A stretch of DNA of 62,935 nt, counting the filler, from Craspedostauros australis (Eukaryota): assembly GCA_030167865.1 (NCBI GenBank). It is 9 parts of 9 records of this genome, joined end to end, with 100 filler letters (N's around TTAATTAATTAA, not from the genome) between each part and the next. Parts side by side here need not be neighbours in the genome. Positions count along the whole stretch, not along the records: positions 9,941 to 29,069 come from JALAGF010005621.1; 8 more parts are not named here. One strand, written 5' to 3'. Positions 13,311 through 25,193 of this stretch are shown piece by piece (the stretch's first letter is position 1; each line of letters starts with the position of its first letter). Under the pieces are notes generated by a model, which was not told the DNA's origin, did no database searches, and saw only the letters and a program-made list of their open reading frames with translations. The position numbers and the translations under genes are program-made.

Positions 13311-15939
13311 GCGCAAGGCTACTCCACCCCCCATCTCTCTAGAGAGGGCCTTGCGCTCTCCGTCGCCACTATCATCACTATCATCATGACTGCCAGCCCC
13401 GCTGCTGTTGTTGCTGCAGCGGCTGTCCATATGTAACTGCAGGTCTTGCTTGTGATGCTCGCGCTGATGACATATGAGTAGTGACGACCTTGGCGGTGAT
13501 GTACACTCGCCATCTCGCTTCACTTTCATTGTCGCCAGCTCGACCATCATCAATGCAACAACCATCCCATCAACAACCACTACCACCACCACCACGAACA
13601 CTATGGCCATCCCAGCATCCACAACCGCAGCCACAGTCACCACTCACAACAATCTCATCGCCAGTCGGCATCATCGCCAACACGGCCGGCAATCGTGGAT
13701 GCTCCTCTTCGCGCATGACCCGAGCCAGGACCAGTTCTCTTGTAAAAGGTCGCTTCTTTGTACAACGTGTCCATGTAGAACCCATAAAGCGGCTAGCGAC
13801 ACTGGTTGCGGCACCCGCGCGCGGGTTCGGGGGAGACAGCAGAGCGCACATCTACTCCACTCTACTCCACTCTATACCATACTCTTTTCGTAGTGGTAGG
13901 AGTGCCTGCTCAACTTAACAACCCGAACATCACTCACCAATAAGCGCACACCCTCGCACAAAGCACCCCTATAATCAAAACTTTATTATCACAACCTGTC
14001 CTCTTGTAACTTCTCTTGTTTGCCATCCGATCTCATGGACGAGCATCAGGCAGCCAAGGAGCAGCTCTGACCAACGGGGGTCATCGCGCTTACTTGGAGG
14101 CAAGGGGAGGTGTAGTCTTGGCGTTGATGGTCCAGACATGGTGCTTGATCCTGGTCTTGTCCTTCACATCCGCCCCATGAACTCGGTGTCCTTCTCCTTG
14201 CATACATTCTCGGAACGAGCACAAGAGCTTCACACAATCACTTCTGCTAGCACATACAAAATGGAGCAATAGAACACAACGAAACGAATGGTGCGATGGA
14301 GAGACTCTGTGTATCCGTATCGAGAAGGCTGCTCTCCGCGCTTCTCGATGAGACGGTACGGTATGGCGCCTACGCATACACATACACATACTCAGACGCA
14401 TACCTCCACACACCAACCAACCAACAATCACGAAGTGCCTGTGGTGGCTCGTGCGCATTTGGCCCCTCTACCTTCTCCGTCAAGGAAGCCAGAACCAAAC
14501 TGAGGGTGGAACACATGATGTGGAAGAACGCGATACCGTTCTGCCTCCTGCAAAGATCTCCAGGTAGAGTTCAACAACAGGCGAAATCAAATTGCGATGC
14601 GCCGAAACATCATGACGAACGAATCTCCTGTCAAGTTCCAATTCCACCCGAACGCGCAGCTCATGTTGCTTTCGCTCGCAGCGGATGGAGAGAGAACAAC
14701 GAGAGGGGGGCACAACGGCACAGGAAGATCAGCAGGTGAAGGCTGGGATGGGGTATTGGTTGACAGATTAGTCGCAAGCAACAAAGTGATACGGCCGCTG
14801 GAACGCAGCATGTGGAAACCGATGGATGCCAAACCGGCACCGCAGGAGTATTGGAATAGTATTTGTATCGGTCGTAAGGTGCCGTACTCGCATCATACTA
14901 CACTCGCATCATAATACTCGCACTTATCCTGTGTTCGATCCAAACACAATTGCAGATCTCCTGGCCTCTGTGATGTTCTCGATTGCTGCAAGCGGTTTGC
15001 TGCTGAAATAGTGATCGGTTGATAGAAAGGGAGAATAGCCTCGACACGAAAAATGTTGGAGATGCGTCACCTCCGCTGCAGCATTCACAAGTTCCCATAA
15101 TCGAAGAAGCATGTCAAGACCTTTTCCTCCAGGATCGCAACTTGTCGCCTTCGTGTTTCCTCTCGGCTTTTGGGCTGTGTGGGACCGCAAAGCAGCGGAA
15201 CGAAGGCTCCAATGGCGATCGACGTTGATGTCGGTGATTGCCGTTCACAAAACATGGGCGGTTTCGTCCACGGAACCAAATGAGCAAATCACGAAACTCC
15301 GGGACATTCTTGGTGTTGGGCGCTTCCCGCCAAAACCGCCAAGTTCTTGGGCGCCCATGGTTGTGACCCAACTCCTATGTAACCATACGTTGCTGAACCG
15401 CCCGGCGATGGTACAATGGCACTTGGCGAGCGGACCCAAAATTCAAATTCGGCTTCACACCGGAATTGAAAAACCGAAACTTCACTCGCCATCGCGACAC
15501 CAAACCACGATTCGCAAATAGGCTCGGGACCTCATCCACGGCTTGTCCTCCCGCCACAACGTCGATGCGACCAATCGTGTATTTGTGACGCTATGTGAGT
15601 ACTATTCGCAGTCCCCCAAACATCACACCAATCGCACATGACACCAACAGTGGAACATTCTGTGACACGCAATGTTCGGTTTTGCCACAGAACACCACCA
15701 CCAACTCCCGCAACAACAATGACGCGGCGCTCGTGGACGCTGGTGTCCATACGTGTGCTGGTGGCACTGCCTGCCTTGCACGGCGACGATGACAACGATG
15801 TTGAGATTGTCATCTCCGTTGCGGTGGAGTGACGATTCGCACTTCCGTTCAGATCGGCAGTCATCACAAGAGCGGAGTGCATCCATTTCTTTGACAAAGC
15901 AAACAATCGAGCAAACACACGAGTGCGCAACAGACAACA

Positions 15940-16692
15940 ATGATGTCCAAGGCTGTGAGTATGTGGGTGTGTCCGTTCGTGATGTTGGCTGCCATCTTTC
16001 ATGATGCGTCTGCCCTTGCTCCACCAAAGACAGTCTCCCAACAGACACAGCAACAGCAACATGCAGCCGTCCATGAAACGAGACGACAAGTGCTGCGAAC
16101 GGTGACGGCCTCCTGGATCGTCGCCGCAACAACAACAGGCACACCTGCGCAAAGCGAAGCGAAGTGCACCGACATCGAGAGCTGTCGCGAAATTGGTGAG
16201 AAGAAGGTGGAGCAAGACCTGTCGGACAACCCCGTGATCCCCCTCGCCAACGGGGTCCGGTACAAGCTGCTGAAACCTGGATACGGTGACAAGACGGTAG
16301 AGAAAGGATCCACGATCGACCTCATCTATGTCGTCAACACCCCGGCTCGGTACATGTTCAGCCAAGGTTTCGGTTTGGAAAAGATCGACACAGGGTTTGG
16401 CCAGAAGCAGACGGATCTAGGCATCGGCAGTTACCTCGTGACGTTGGGGACCAAGCACCTGCCGATCGGAATCGAGGACGCGCTGATTGGCATGAAGAAA
16501 GGAGAGCGACGCAAGGTCGAGGTGCCGCCGAGCGTCGGTTTCGATACGTCAGACTGGAAGCCTGCCGCGTCAACACCGGCCGGCAAGGCCGTTGTAGAGA
16601 ACTACAAGAAGTTGATTCGCGGCAGCGGCCCCAACAATCCACCGTTCGCAGCCCCGACGATATGGCAGATCGAGGTGTTGAGCATCCGCTAG
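15940..16692 (+). CDS. FKBP-type peptidyl-prolyl isomerase, predicted thylakoid lumen
   Basis: Signal peptide ending ASA|LAP, twin-Arg TRRQVL and AQSEA cleavage site; FKBP motifs GVRYKLLKPGYG, GIEDALIGMKKGERRKVEVPPSVGF, IEVLSIR. Confidence 0.88.
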   Translation: MMSKAVSMWVCPFVMLAAIFHDASALAPPKTVSQQTQQQQHAAVHETRRQVLRTVTASWIVAATTTGTPAQSEAKCTDIESCREIGEKKVEQDLSDNPVIPLANGVRYKLLKPGYGDKTVEKGSTIDLIYVVNTPARYMFSQGFGLEKIDTGFGQKQTDLGIGSYLVTLGTKHLPIGIEDALIGMKKGERRKVEVPPSVGFDTSDWKPAASTPAGKAVVENYKKLIRGSGPNNPPFAAPTIWQIEVLSIR

Positions 16693-18343
16693 AAGAGTGC
16701 CAGCTGCGTTGCGTCCCATGGCGCGCATAACATGGTATGGCATGGCATCGAATTAGCGGATGCCTCCTCAAGTCTACTCTAACCGAATGCATAAGTCTCT
16801 AGAGAGAGAGAGAGAGAGAGAGAGAGGTGCATCTCGATGGATCTCTCTCTAACGAAGTGGAAAGGGCTGTTGTGTATTTCTCCAATGTTTGTTGTGCCAT
16901 GTTTGATGTTTGATGGATGCTGGATGATGGACAGATCGATCTGCGCGAGGTGGCAACACCAGACTTGATTTGATTGTGGTGAATTTTGTGATTGTGGTAT
17001 GTTGATGCTGAATTGTGAACTGATTGCGGTCGGGCTCCTCTCTTGTGGCTTCCACCATCTTCGGTGGCAACTGAGAAGAAAGTGGGAGACATCAACGCCA
17101 TCAACCGCATCGGCGTCATTCGGGACTTCCAAGGTGAGCAGCCTCTATGTAACCATGTGGCTGCCAACGGGCGTTTCGGCGGTTAACCATTTCTTTCCAA
17201 AATCATGTGTTTTGGTTGGCGCCAGAATCGGAATCCGACATCATTCCACCTTTCGGTTCGGTTGTGTTTACGAAGTCGCGGACAACAACAACGGGCACAT
17301 CATGCGTTTATCGATGATTCTGTGCCGAACAGGCTTTCCTTTCTCAATTTCTTACGGTTTCTGTCCCATACTGCATCGACACGCTTCACGAAATGCTTTT
17401 TGCACACGTTTGGCGAACAACGCAGGTACTCGAATGTTACAGTACCGTTACGGGCAGTTCGAGAGGGAAGCGAAAGGCTCACGGATGGGTGATGTGTTCC
17501 AGGACAGAAAACACGAAGAATCGAGCACCAACACTCTATCTGTACTCTGACCCAAGTTTAGTCATACTCACCTCTCTGACACCATGGCTCCCAAACATCT
17601 CTGTTCTGTCCTGACCGAATATGATCTCCAGAGAGAGAGAGAGAGAGGGTACTTCATTACTTCACTGGTCAGCTTGATCATGGCCGCCATACATTGCACC
17701 TCTCTGAGAACGAAAGCACAAAAGCACGAGAGACAAGAACCGGGCGCGCCATCGGAAGCGATAGCAACAACCGGTGAAGCTGGAGGCGACGCTCCGCCTC
17801 TACCTCAAACTGCATCTGCATGTGCATCCGCAATATTGCTTTGGATCTGAGGTTGCTTCCGGATGAAGCCTCCAAAAGCTTGCGAACCATCACAAGGGAA
17901 GAGATGGCGAAGTTGATGATGATGATGATGATGAAGTTGTTGAGACAGCATTCTCAACTCCGCTCTGCACCCTGACACAATCCGCAACAAAGAACATGGT
18001 GGTGTCGCGACGAATAGACTTCGTCATGAATGTAGACGAAAGGAGAGGTCGAAGAAGTCAAGGCTCGTGTGGAAATAGAGACTAAGCAATGTCGTCGGAA
18101 GCCCAACACACCCACCACACAAACTCGTTCCTCGCAGCCACACCCATCAACAGATCCACCACGCAGCTCGATCCGCAAGAAGGAGGCAGTCTGGCACACA
18201 CATCTCCACTGGCACTCACCTTGTTCAGACCATTGGTGGCATCAGCAGCATCTGCATCCAGAGATTGTGAGGTCGAAGACGAAGGAAAGCTCGAGCAACA
18301 GAGCAACAACAGCAACGACAGCAATAGTATCACAAATCTGACC

Positions 18344-19261
18344 ATGAGCAGCCTCAAATTCGTGATGAACGCCACGAGGAAGAGCGCCGGTTCTGCCATC
18401 GCAGCCAGCGTTCTGGGTCGTTCTGCGGCCGTCCCAGGTGTTGCCGCAGTTGCTGCCAACCCGCGGCCGATGGAGGCTGCGCGGATGTCGCAGCAAGTGC
18501 CAGCGCGATCGTTTGGAAGCGGAGGTGGTACGAGAGGAGCCAGAGGCCACGGTTGGTGGGTGAATTACAGAGCAGGAAAGGGCGGTCGCCATCTGCAGGG
18601 GGAGTACCATCATCTGGACTTGGAGTCCCTCAAGAAGTGGAATGATGCCGTGTTCTCGCTGGGCAGCCAGTTCGCGTACATGGACGTCGTCCTGGAATCC
18701 ATGCTCAAACGCGACAACGATGCATCCGCCACGTCGGAGGATGGCGACGATGATGCCGATAACACCGCGCATCGGCTGGTGATCGAGCTGGCCTCGGAGG
18801 CATTCCCCAAGGCATCCGACAACTTCATCAAGCTGCTGCAAGCCGAGGAGTTTGGATACAAGTCTTCCATCCTTCACCGCATCGAGCGCAATGTTGGCTT
18901 CGTCGGTGGCAACGTGTGGAACGATACAGGCAGATGCGCGGATGAGCATCGAATGATCTCCTCGGCGAACTGCATGGAGCAGACCGAGAAGATGGTCCTG
19001 TCACACGTGCCTGGCGTCATCACCATGCTGTCACAGCGGGTCAAGGAGATCGATTCTCGCTTCATCATGTGCACCAATCATGCACCGCACATGGACGGCA
19101 TGGCGGTTGCCATCGGACGGCTAAATGAGGAATCGATAGAAACGCTGAAGGAATGGCAGAGCACGCTCATCACTCGGATGGGACGGCCGAGCACAGTCAA
19201 CGTGCGCATCGTGGACTGCGGACTTCTGGATGGCGCAGATGAGAGTCCGGCGGCTGCCTGA
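18344..19261 (+). CDS. Cyclophilin-like protein with probable mitochondrial presequence
   Basis: Basic/Ala/Ser-rich N-terminus ending RSFGS; cyclophilin motifs FPKASDNFIKL, YKSSILHRI, GVITM, DSRFIMCT, PHMDG..VAIGR, VRIVDCG. Confidence 0.82.
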   Translation: MSSLKFVMNATRKSAGSAIAASVLGRSAAVPGVAAVAANPRPMEAARMSQQVPARSFGSGGGTRGARGHGWWVNYRAGKGGRHLQGEYHHLDLESLKKWNDAVFSLGSQFAYMDVVLESMLKRDNDASATSEDGDDDADNTAHRLVIELASEAFPKASDNFIKLLQAEEFGYKSSILHRIERNVGFVGGNVWNDTGRCADEHRMISSANCMEQTEKMVLSHVPGVITMLSQRVKEIDSRFIMCTNHAPHMDGMAVAIGRLNEESIETLKEWQSTLITRMGRPSTVNVRIVDCGLLDGADESPAAA

Positions 19262-19645
19262 GGCGTTATGCCTGGCAAGTAAGAGGAGGACTCTAGAGAG
19301 AGAGAGAGAGATAGGCAGCGTAATCATAGAACAGAGTATGGCATGCACCAGAACAGTTTGGAGCACTCTGCTGAGGTACCATACCAAACGCTGTTGGTCG
19401 ACGAGGGAAGTGCGAGCTCCAACAAGGTTAAGCTGCGGCATTTTCGACTGTGAAGAAGAGGTTGTGCTTCTCTCTCTCTCCATGACGTTGTTGTCTGTCA
19501 TTATTGTATGGCATTATGTCTTAGCGCATGCACTTAATATGGTATGGTATTGTACGAGTATTCTATCGTAGAAAACACGATATGGGTTGCTTGTCCTCTC
19601 TTCTTCCTCCTCCTTCTTCGTTTGCTTCTGTTTGTCTGTCTATGA

Positions 19646-21349
19646 TCAACCCCATCTCATTATGACAGAACCCCAGGAGAGACCGGCGCCGAATCCTGAC
19701 ATTGCAATGACGTCGCCCTTTTTTACCCTGCCGCTTCGGACCGCCTCATCGAACGCGAGGGGGATTGACGCTGCCGATGTGTTGCCGTATTCACTGAGGT
19801 TGGTGATGAGCTTTTCCTTGGGGATGCCCAGCTTCTTGGCCACCGTGTCCATGATGCGGATGTTGGCCTGATGCAGCAGCAGATGATCAACGTCGTCGAC
19901 GGTCATCTCCGCGGCCTCCAGCGCTTCCTTGATCACCTTGGGGACCTCGCGCGTCGCAAACTTGTATACCTCCTGTCCGTTCATCGCCAGCTTTCCGTAC
20001 CGGCCGGAGGCGATCACTGTGGGTTCGCCCGGCGTTGATACTTCCTTTTCTTCATTGTCGATTCTGTGTTGTGTTGTGGTGGTGGCAAGGGGGATATGGA
20101 GAACGAGAAAGAGAACGTGGGCAGATTGATGTCATAGACAGATGTGAGCATTGGTGCATGGGTGTGTCAATAGTTGATGGAGCATCAGTGAATTGCGATT
20201 GAAACGAAGACCATCAGCGGATGAGCGTGAAGTGCAGGCTGAGCATTGCATTGAAAGTACCCCGATCAGCTTCCCCAGAAGTGCCCCATTCTGCATGATC
20301 CAGTGATGACCCAAACGCAGAGCGGCCGGCACTTCTTCCAATTCAATCTATTCACTCTGCTCAAGCATTCGCTGTTCCAAATGTGATCTGGATATCATTG
20401 ATCGTCCCAATGCGCCTCAACGCATTCCAATGCACTGTCATTCAGTGTCACGCCATCCTTTCGTGTCTTCATTTGTTCACATGACATTCGTATCCATCCA
20501 CAATATCTCTCCATTGTGTGTCACAGCAGGCAGCAACGTTGTCACCAATCCAAGTCTCTTTCAATCTCCATGTCGTGTAGAGCACTGTACTCCATTGCAT
20601 CGTACTCTGTTGCACTCTATTGCATGCAAAACTCACCGACAATTGAGGTCCTCATATCCATTGCCGTTGGAATGCGCCGAGTATCCCAGCAGACCTGGAG
20701 CGTCGGTATCCTGATTCGTGAGCACCATGGCGCCGGCACCATCTCCGAAGAGAATGCATGTGTTGCGATCATCCCAATCCACCCACCGGCTGAGGGCGTC
20801 CGAACCGACAACGAGGGCATTCTTCATGGAGCCGTTGGTCAGAAACTGTCCCGCCGTGAAGGCACCAAAGAGGAATCCCGAACAGGCCGCCGTGAGATCA
20901 AAGGCGACGGTGTGACGCGTGCATCCCAATTCGGAAGCGATGACGGTGGCATCACCGAAGAGATCGTCGGGCGACGACGTGCAGCAAATGACAATGTCAA
21001 TGTCTTCGGGATCGATGCCGGCCATGTCGAGGGCATTCTTGGATGCCTGCGTGCCGAGGGAACGCAGCGTCTCATCGGCCAGCAGGACGTGGCGGTTGGA
21101 GATGCCGGTGCGCGTGTTGATCCATTCATCGCTCGTCTCGACGATGGACTCGAGATCGACGTTGCTGATGCTGGTTTTGGGTGTGGCTGAACCGATTCCG
21201 ATGGGACGGCATTGCATGGCCTTGCCCGTCACCATGCGCAATGCTGTGGTTTGGTCCGTGCGGGAGAGAGATCGCGTGGGAGCGAAGGCCTCGATGGATT
21301 GGCTCGCGATCGACAAGGTAACGAGGAGGGCTGATGTGATGAACTTCAT
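19646..21349 (-). CDS. fabH: Plastid 3-oxoacyl-ACP synthase III (KAS III); exons 21349-20637 and 20063-19646
   Basis: Presequence [26 protein letters not shown] (catalytic Cys), LLHQAN (His), YGNTSAAS (Asn), GFGAGLSWG; phase-2 intron 20064-20636 (GTGAGT...CAG) joins the frames. Confidence 0.96.
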
Positions 21350-22545
21350 GGTTGGGATGTTGTCGTTGATGTTGTGTGGATGATGGTTGGGAATTGGAGG
21401 CTGCGTCGTATGTTACTTCGGTTGGTGTCAATACGAGTGCGATGGACGTCAAAGGTCTTGATCAGGATGCGGATGGTGATGATGGCTTCGATGAATGTCA
21501 GCGACGTTCCTGTCTTGACTAACTTCCAGAAAGAGAGAGAGAGAGAGAGAGTGTGTGTAGATGCCGGTCGCACTGACGGTAGACAATCGATGGTTCTGAA
21601 CTACTCGCACGGTATTGGTTGGTAACTCTTCCCTTGGCTTCTTGCTCTGTCTCTGGTTTCGTTTTGTTTTGTTTTGTTTTGTTTGGATTGGATTGGATTG
21701 GTTTGGAGGTGGCTGATGCCGCTCTCGCTCTCCCTTGATGATGATCATGCAAATCTCGTCGCAAGCCATCATCCGACATCACCACAAACAACGACAACAA
21801 ACGACGTTGACGAGTCTTTGGACTGGCGACAGCCAATGAAAATCCACCATGTGTGGCTTAACCACGACTCGAACGCCAGGTTTCGCATTCATTTTTGATC
21901 GCTGGATCCTGAGTGACGTCAGTGTGATGGCATCTAATTATGTATTCCAATGGAATATGAAATTTGGAATTTATGTATTTGGAGATGTCGTGGAGACTGG
22001 ATTGGATCTTGTCAGTCGCGAGTCAAATGGGATTGGAACACACACGAGATCTGTGGATGTCATTGTCATCACCGCCAAAACGTTGCTCTTTGGAAGCCAT
22101 CATCAACGACGGCGTACGCGTGCGGTGTGTAGTTGTGGGAACGCGGCGAGATGGCAATCGAAGCAGCAACAACAGAGAGAGGCAAAGAGGTGCTCTGCGA
22201 CAGCGACAAGCAACAGCGATAACCACAACAGAGCGTGACCATCGGCCAACGACGACATCATCGTCAACACACGAGGCAGAAACGTGAGCAGTAACGCCAA
22301 CAACGGACAACCTTGCCATCATCATCACCATCACCATCACCGTTGCGTTCTCATCAACAACACTTCTGCGACCTTCACACAGAATACCAAACCTGCTCCA
22401 ACCCGTCCACTCACGTTCCTCCGACAGACACGAAACCCCGACCTTCCAAACAACATCATCCAATCTCAACGTCGTGCACAAAGCCGAAGCAAAACCCAAA
22501 CAAAGACCCTCCACAGTTAGCAACAGTAGCAGCAACAGCATCAAG
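21350..22545. promoter_or_regulatory. Divergent (putative bidirectional) promoter region between fabH and fabB with palindromic TGACGTCA at 21914-21921
   Basis: Start codons face away from each other ~1.2 kb apart; a CRE-like palindrome lies near the midpoint. Confidence 0.5.
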
Positions 22546-24606
22546 ATGAAGTTCCAAGCAGCCATCTTCTTTTTGACGGCTTCGACCGCCCTCGGATTCT
22601 CCGCTCAGCCCAATGCCCGCGTCGGAATCAACTCGCAGCCAGGTGTGTTTATCTCTTTCCTTGACTATTACCTGATGCTGCGTGACCATCTTCCATATCT
22701 TCCGCAGCCATCGGCTCGAAGCAGATGGATTGGAGGGGATCACATCCTCACGGGTGGTGTCACTTGGATTTGGACAACGTAGACAAGGTTCCTGCCTTTG
22801 CATCATATTCGTGGAGACGACAAGTGCTTGTGTTGTTATAAACGGTGATCGGCAGAGAATCCCAATCGAAACGGTACTGCCGTGTTATGATTGCATCGGC
22901 ATTGGTTCTGTTGTCACACCCACTTTGTGTTCTGCAGATAGAGCAGAGCGCTGCCGGAATGAATGCAACGCTTGCCCATTCCCATCATCACCATCATCAT
23001 CATCACTTGCACATATCACTCACGCGTCATCTCCGTCCATCTCAACCTGTCTCCAACTCTCCCCATTCGTATCACAATCTCGGATATCACGCTTGCTCAC
23101 CCACCCATCCAACAACACGTTGGTGCCACGCCTCCACAAAATGCACAGCCTCCTCCACCGCCTTGAACGCCAAGCGCGTCGTGGTCACAGGAATGGGCAT
23201 CGTCTCCTGCCTCGGAAACACCCTGGAGGATGTCACAGAATCCTTGAAAACCGCCACGCCCGGCATCACCTTCGCGGAAGAATTCGCCGAGCTCGGCATC
23301 CGCAGTCAGGTCTTCGGACGCCCCTCCCTCGAGGATGACGACTTCAAGGAGCTCATCCCAAAGACGGCCCTGCGATTCATGGGATACAACGCCAAATACG
23401 CCTTCATCGCCATGGAGCGTGCCATCGAAGATTCCGGATTGAAGCCGGAGGAGTACCAGGGAAATCCACGTGCCTGTGCCATCATCGGACAGGGCGGAAC
23501 CAGCATCCCGGACATCGTCGAGACGGTCGAGGCCGTCAAGAGCGGCGCCAAGAGATGGAAGAACAAGGTTGGACCCTTCCGAGTCACGCGCTCCATGGGA
23601 TCCACCTGCAGCGCCGTCCTCGCCACGCACTTCAAGGTGCAGGGACCCAGCTACTCCATCTCCAGCGCCTGCAGCACGGGTGCGCATTGCATCGGAACCG
23701 GATTCGAGCAGATCCTTCTCGGCAAGGCCGACATCGCCTTCTGCGGAGCTGGTGAGTTGCAACCTGCATTTGATTTGATGGGTGTTCAGCGAAATATTGG
23801 AGACATGTTGTTCTTACAATATCATTACAACTCACACATTTGCTCTCCTGAACGCATCTGCGTCACAATCATACCAATGCAATATCCATGCACCGCGACG
23901 CCATGCAACGCAATGCAAATCTTTTGAAACAGGCGAGAACGTCAACTGGCAATTCACTAGTATGTTCGACTGCATGGGCGCCCTCTCCACCTCGTACAAT
24001 GACGATCCAAAGACCGCCTCCAGAGCATTCGACAAGGAGCGAGATGGATTCGTGATCGCCGGAGGCGGCGGCATCATCGTCCTCGAGGACCTGGAACACG
24101 CCAAGGCGCGCGGGGCCAAAATTTACGCCGAGCTCGTGGGATACGCCGCCAACTCCGACGGTTACGACATGGTGGCCCCGTCCGGTGTCGGCGGACAGCA
24201 GTGCATGGAGCTGGCGATCGCCGACGCCGCGCGCAACGCCGATGACAAGCCCATCGAATACATCAACACGCACGGAACCTCCACGCCCGTCGGCGACGTC
24301 ATGGAGCTCGGTGCCATCAAGACTCTGTTCACCGAGAAGGGATACCAACCAAACGTGGGATCCACCAAATCGCTCAGCGGGCACGCCCTGGGAGCCGCTG
24401 GCGTCCACGAGGCCATCTACACCTTGCTCATGATGAACAACGACTTCATGGCCGAATCCGCCAACATCAATGACCTGGTCGACGAGGCCGAGGGCATGAA
24501 CATTCTGACGGAACGAAAAGAGGGTGCATTCAAGCGGGCCATGTCAAACAGTTTTGGATTCGGAGGCACGAACTGCGCCCTGGTCTTTGACAAGTACGAG
24601 GAGTAA
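22546..24606 (+). CDS. fabB: Plastid 3-oxoacyl-ACP synthase I (proteobacterial FabB-type); exons 22546-22642, 23149-23751, 23933-24606
   Basis: Presequence [34 protein letters not shown] (Cys), [11 protein letters not shown] (His), GHALGAAG (His), [11 protein letters not shown]; two phase-1 GT-AG introns restore the frame; FabB-like GALSTSYND and DMVAPSG. Confidence 0.95.
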
Positions 24607-25193
24607 ATGCCAAACGAATGCATGCCATGTCGAGTGCAGCAAACAGGCGCTAGCATATAGTATGCATGATCTCGTACGTAGAGCAATCGAACGAAGGCAC
24701 GAAGCAATGCAGTAGTCGTCTCGTACAGCTATAAATGAAATGAATCGAAACTACAAGTGCGAGCCATTACATGAATGATGAGTTCTGTGCGTTTGTGGGA
24801 GCATTGGTAATGATGCGTCATTACATAGGTCGTAGCTCGTACGCGACCTCATGCCGTCTCCTGAGACGGATAAGAGTTCATGATGCGATGCCACCCTCCT
24901 CACGCACCAAACAGCGCAACCGTCGAACATACGTATGGTACATGAGAGCATCACGGGACATACAAGGTGTACCTGACTCGGAACGCACACCTTGCAGTCA
25001 CAGGGGACTTGACAATACTCGTACGAGTAGTACGTAACTCACTCCAGTAATTCTAATACTACATTCTCTCTCTCTCTCTCTCTGGAGTAGTACACTCTGG
25101 ATTAGTACACTCTGAAGAGCACAGTTCCGCTCTCCGCAAACTCCAAGCCGGATGGAACAACATTGAGTTCTCTCCTGCGAAGCCTGCTACCGC

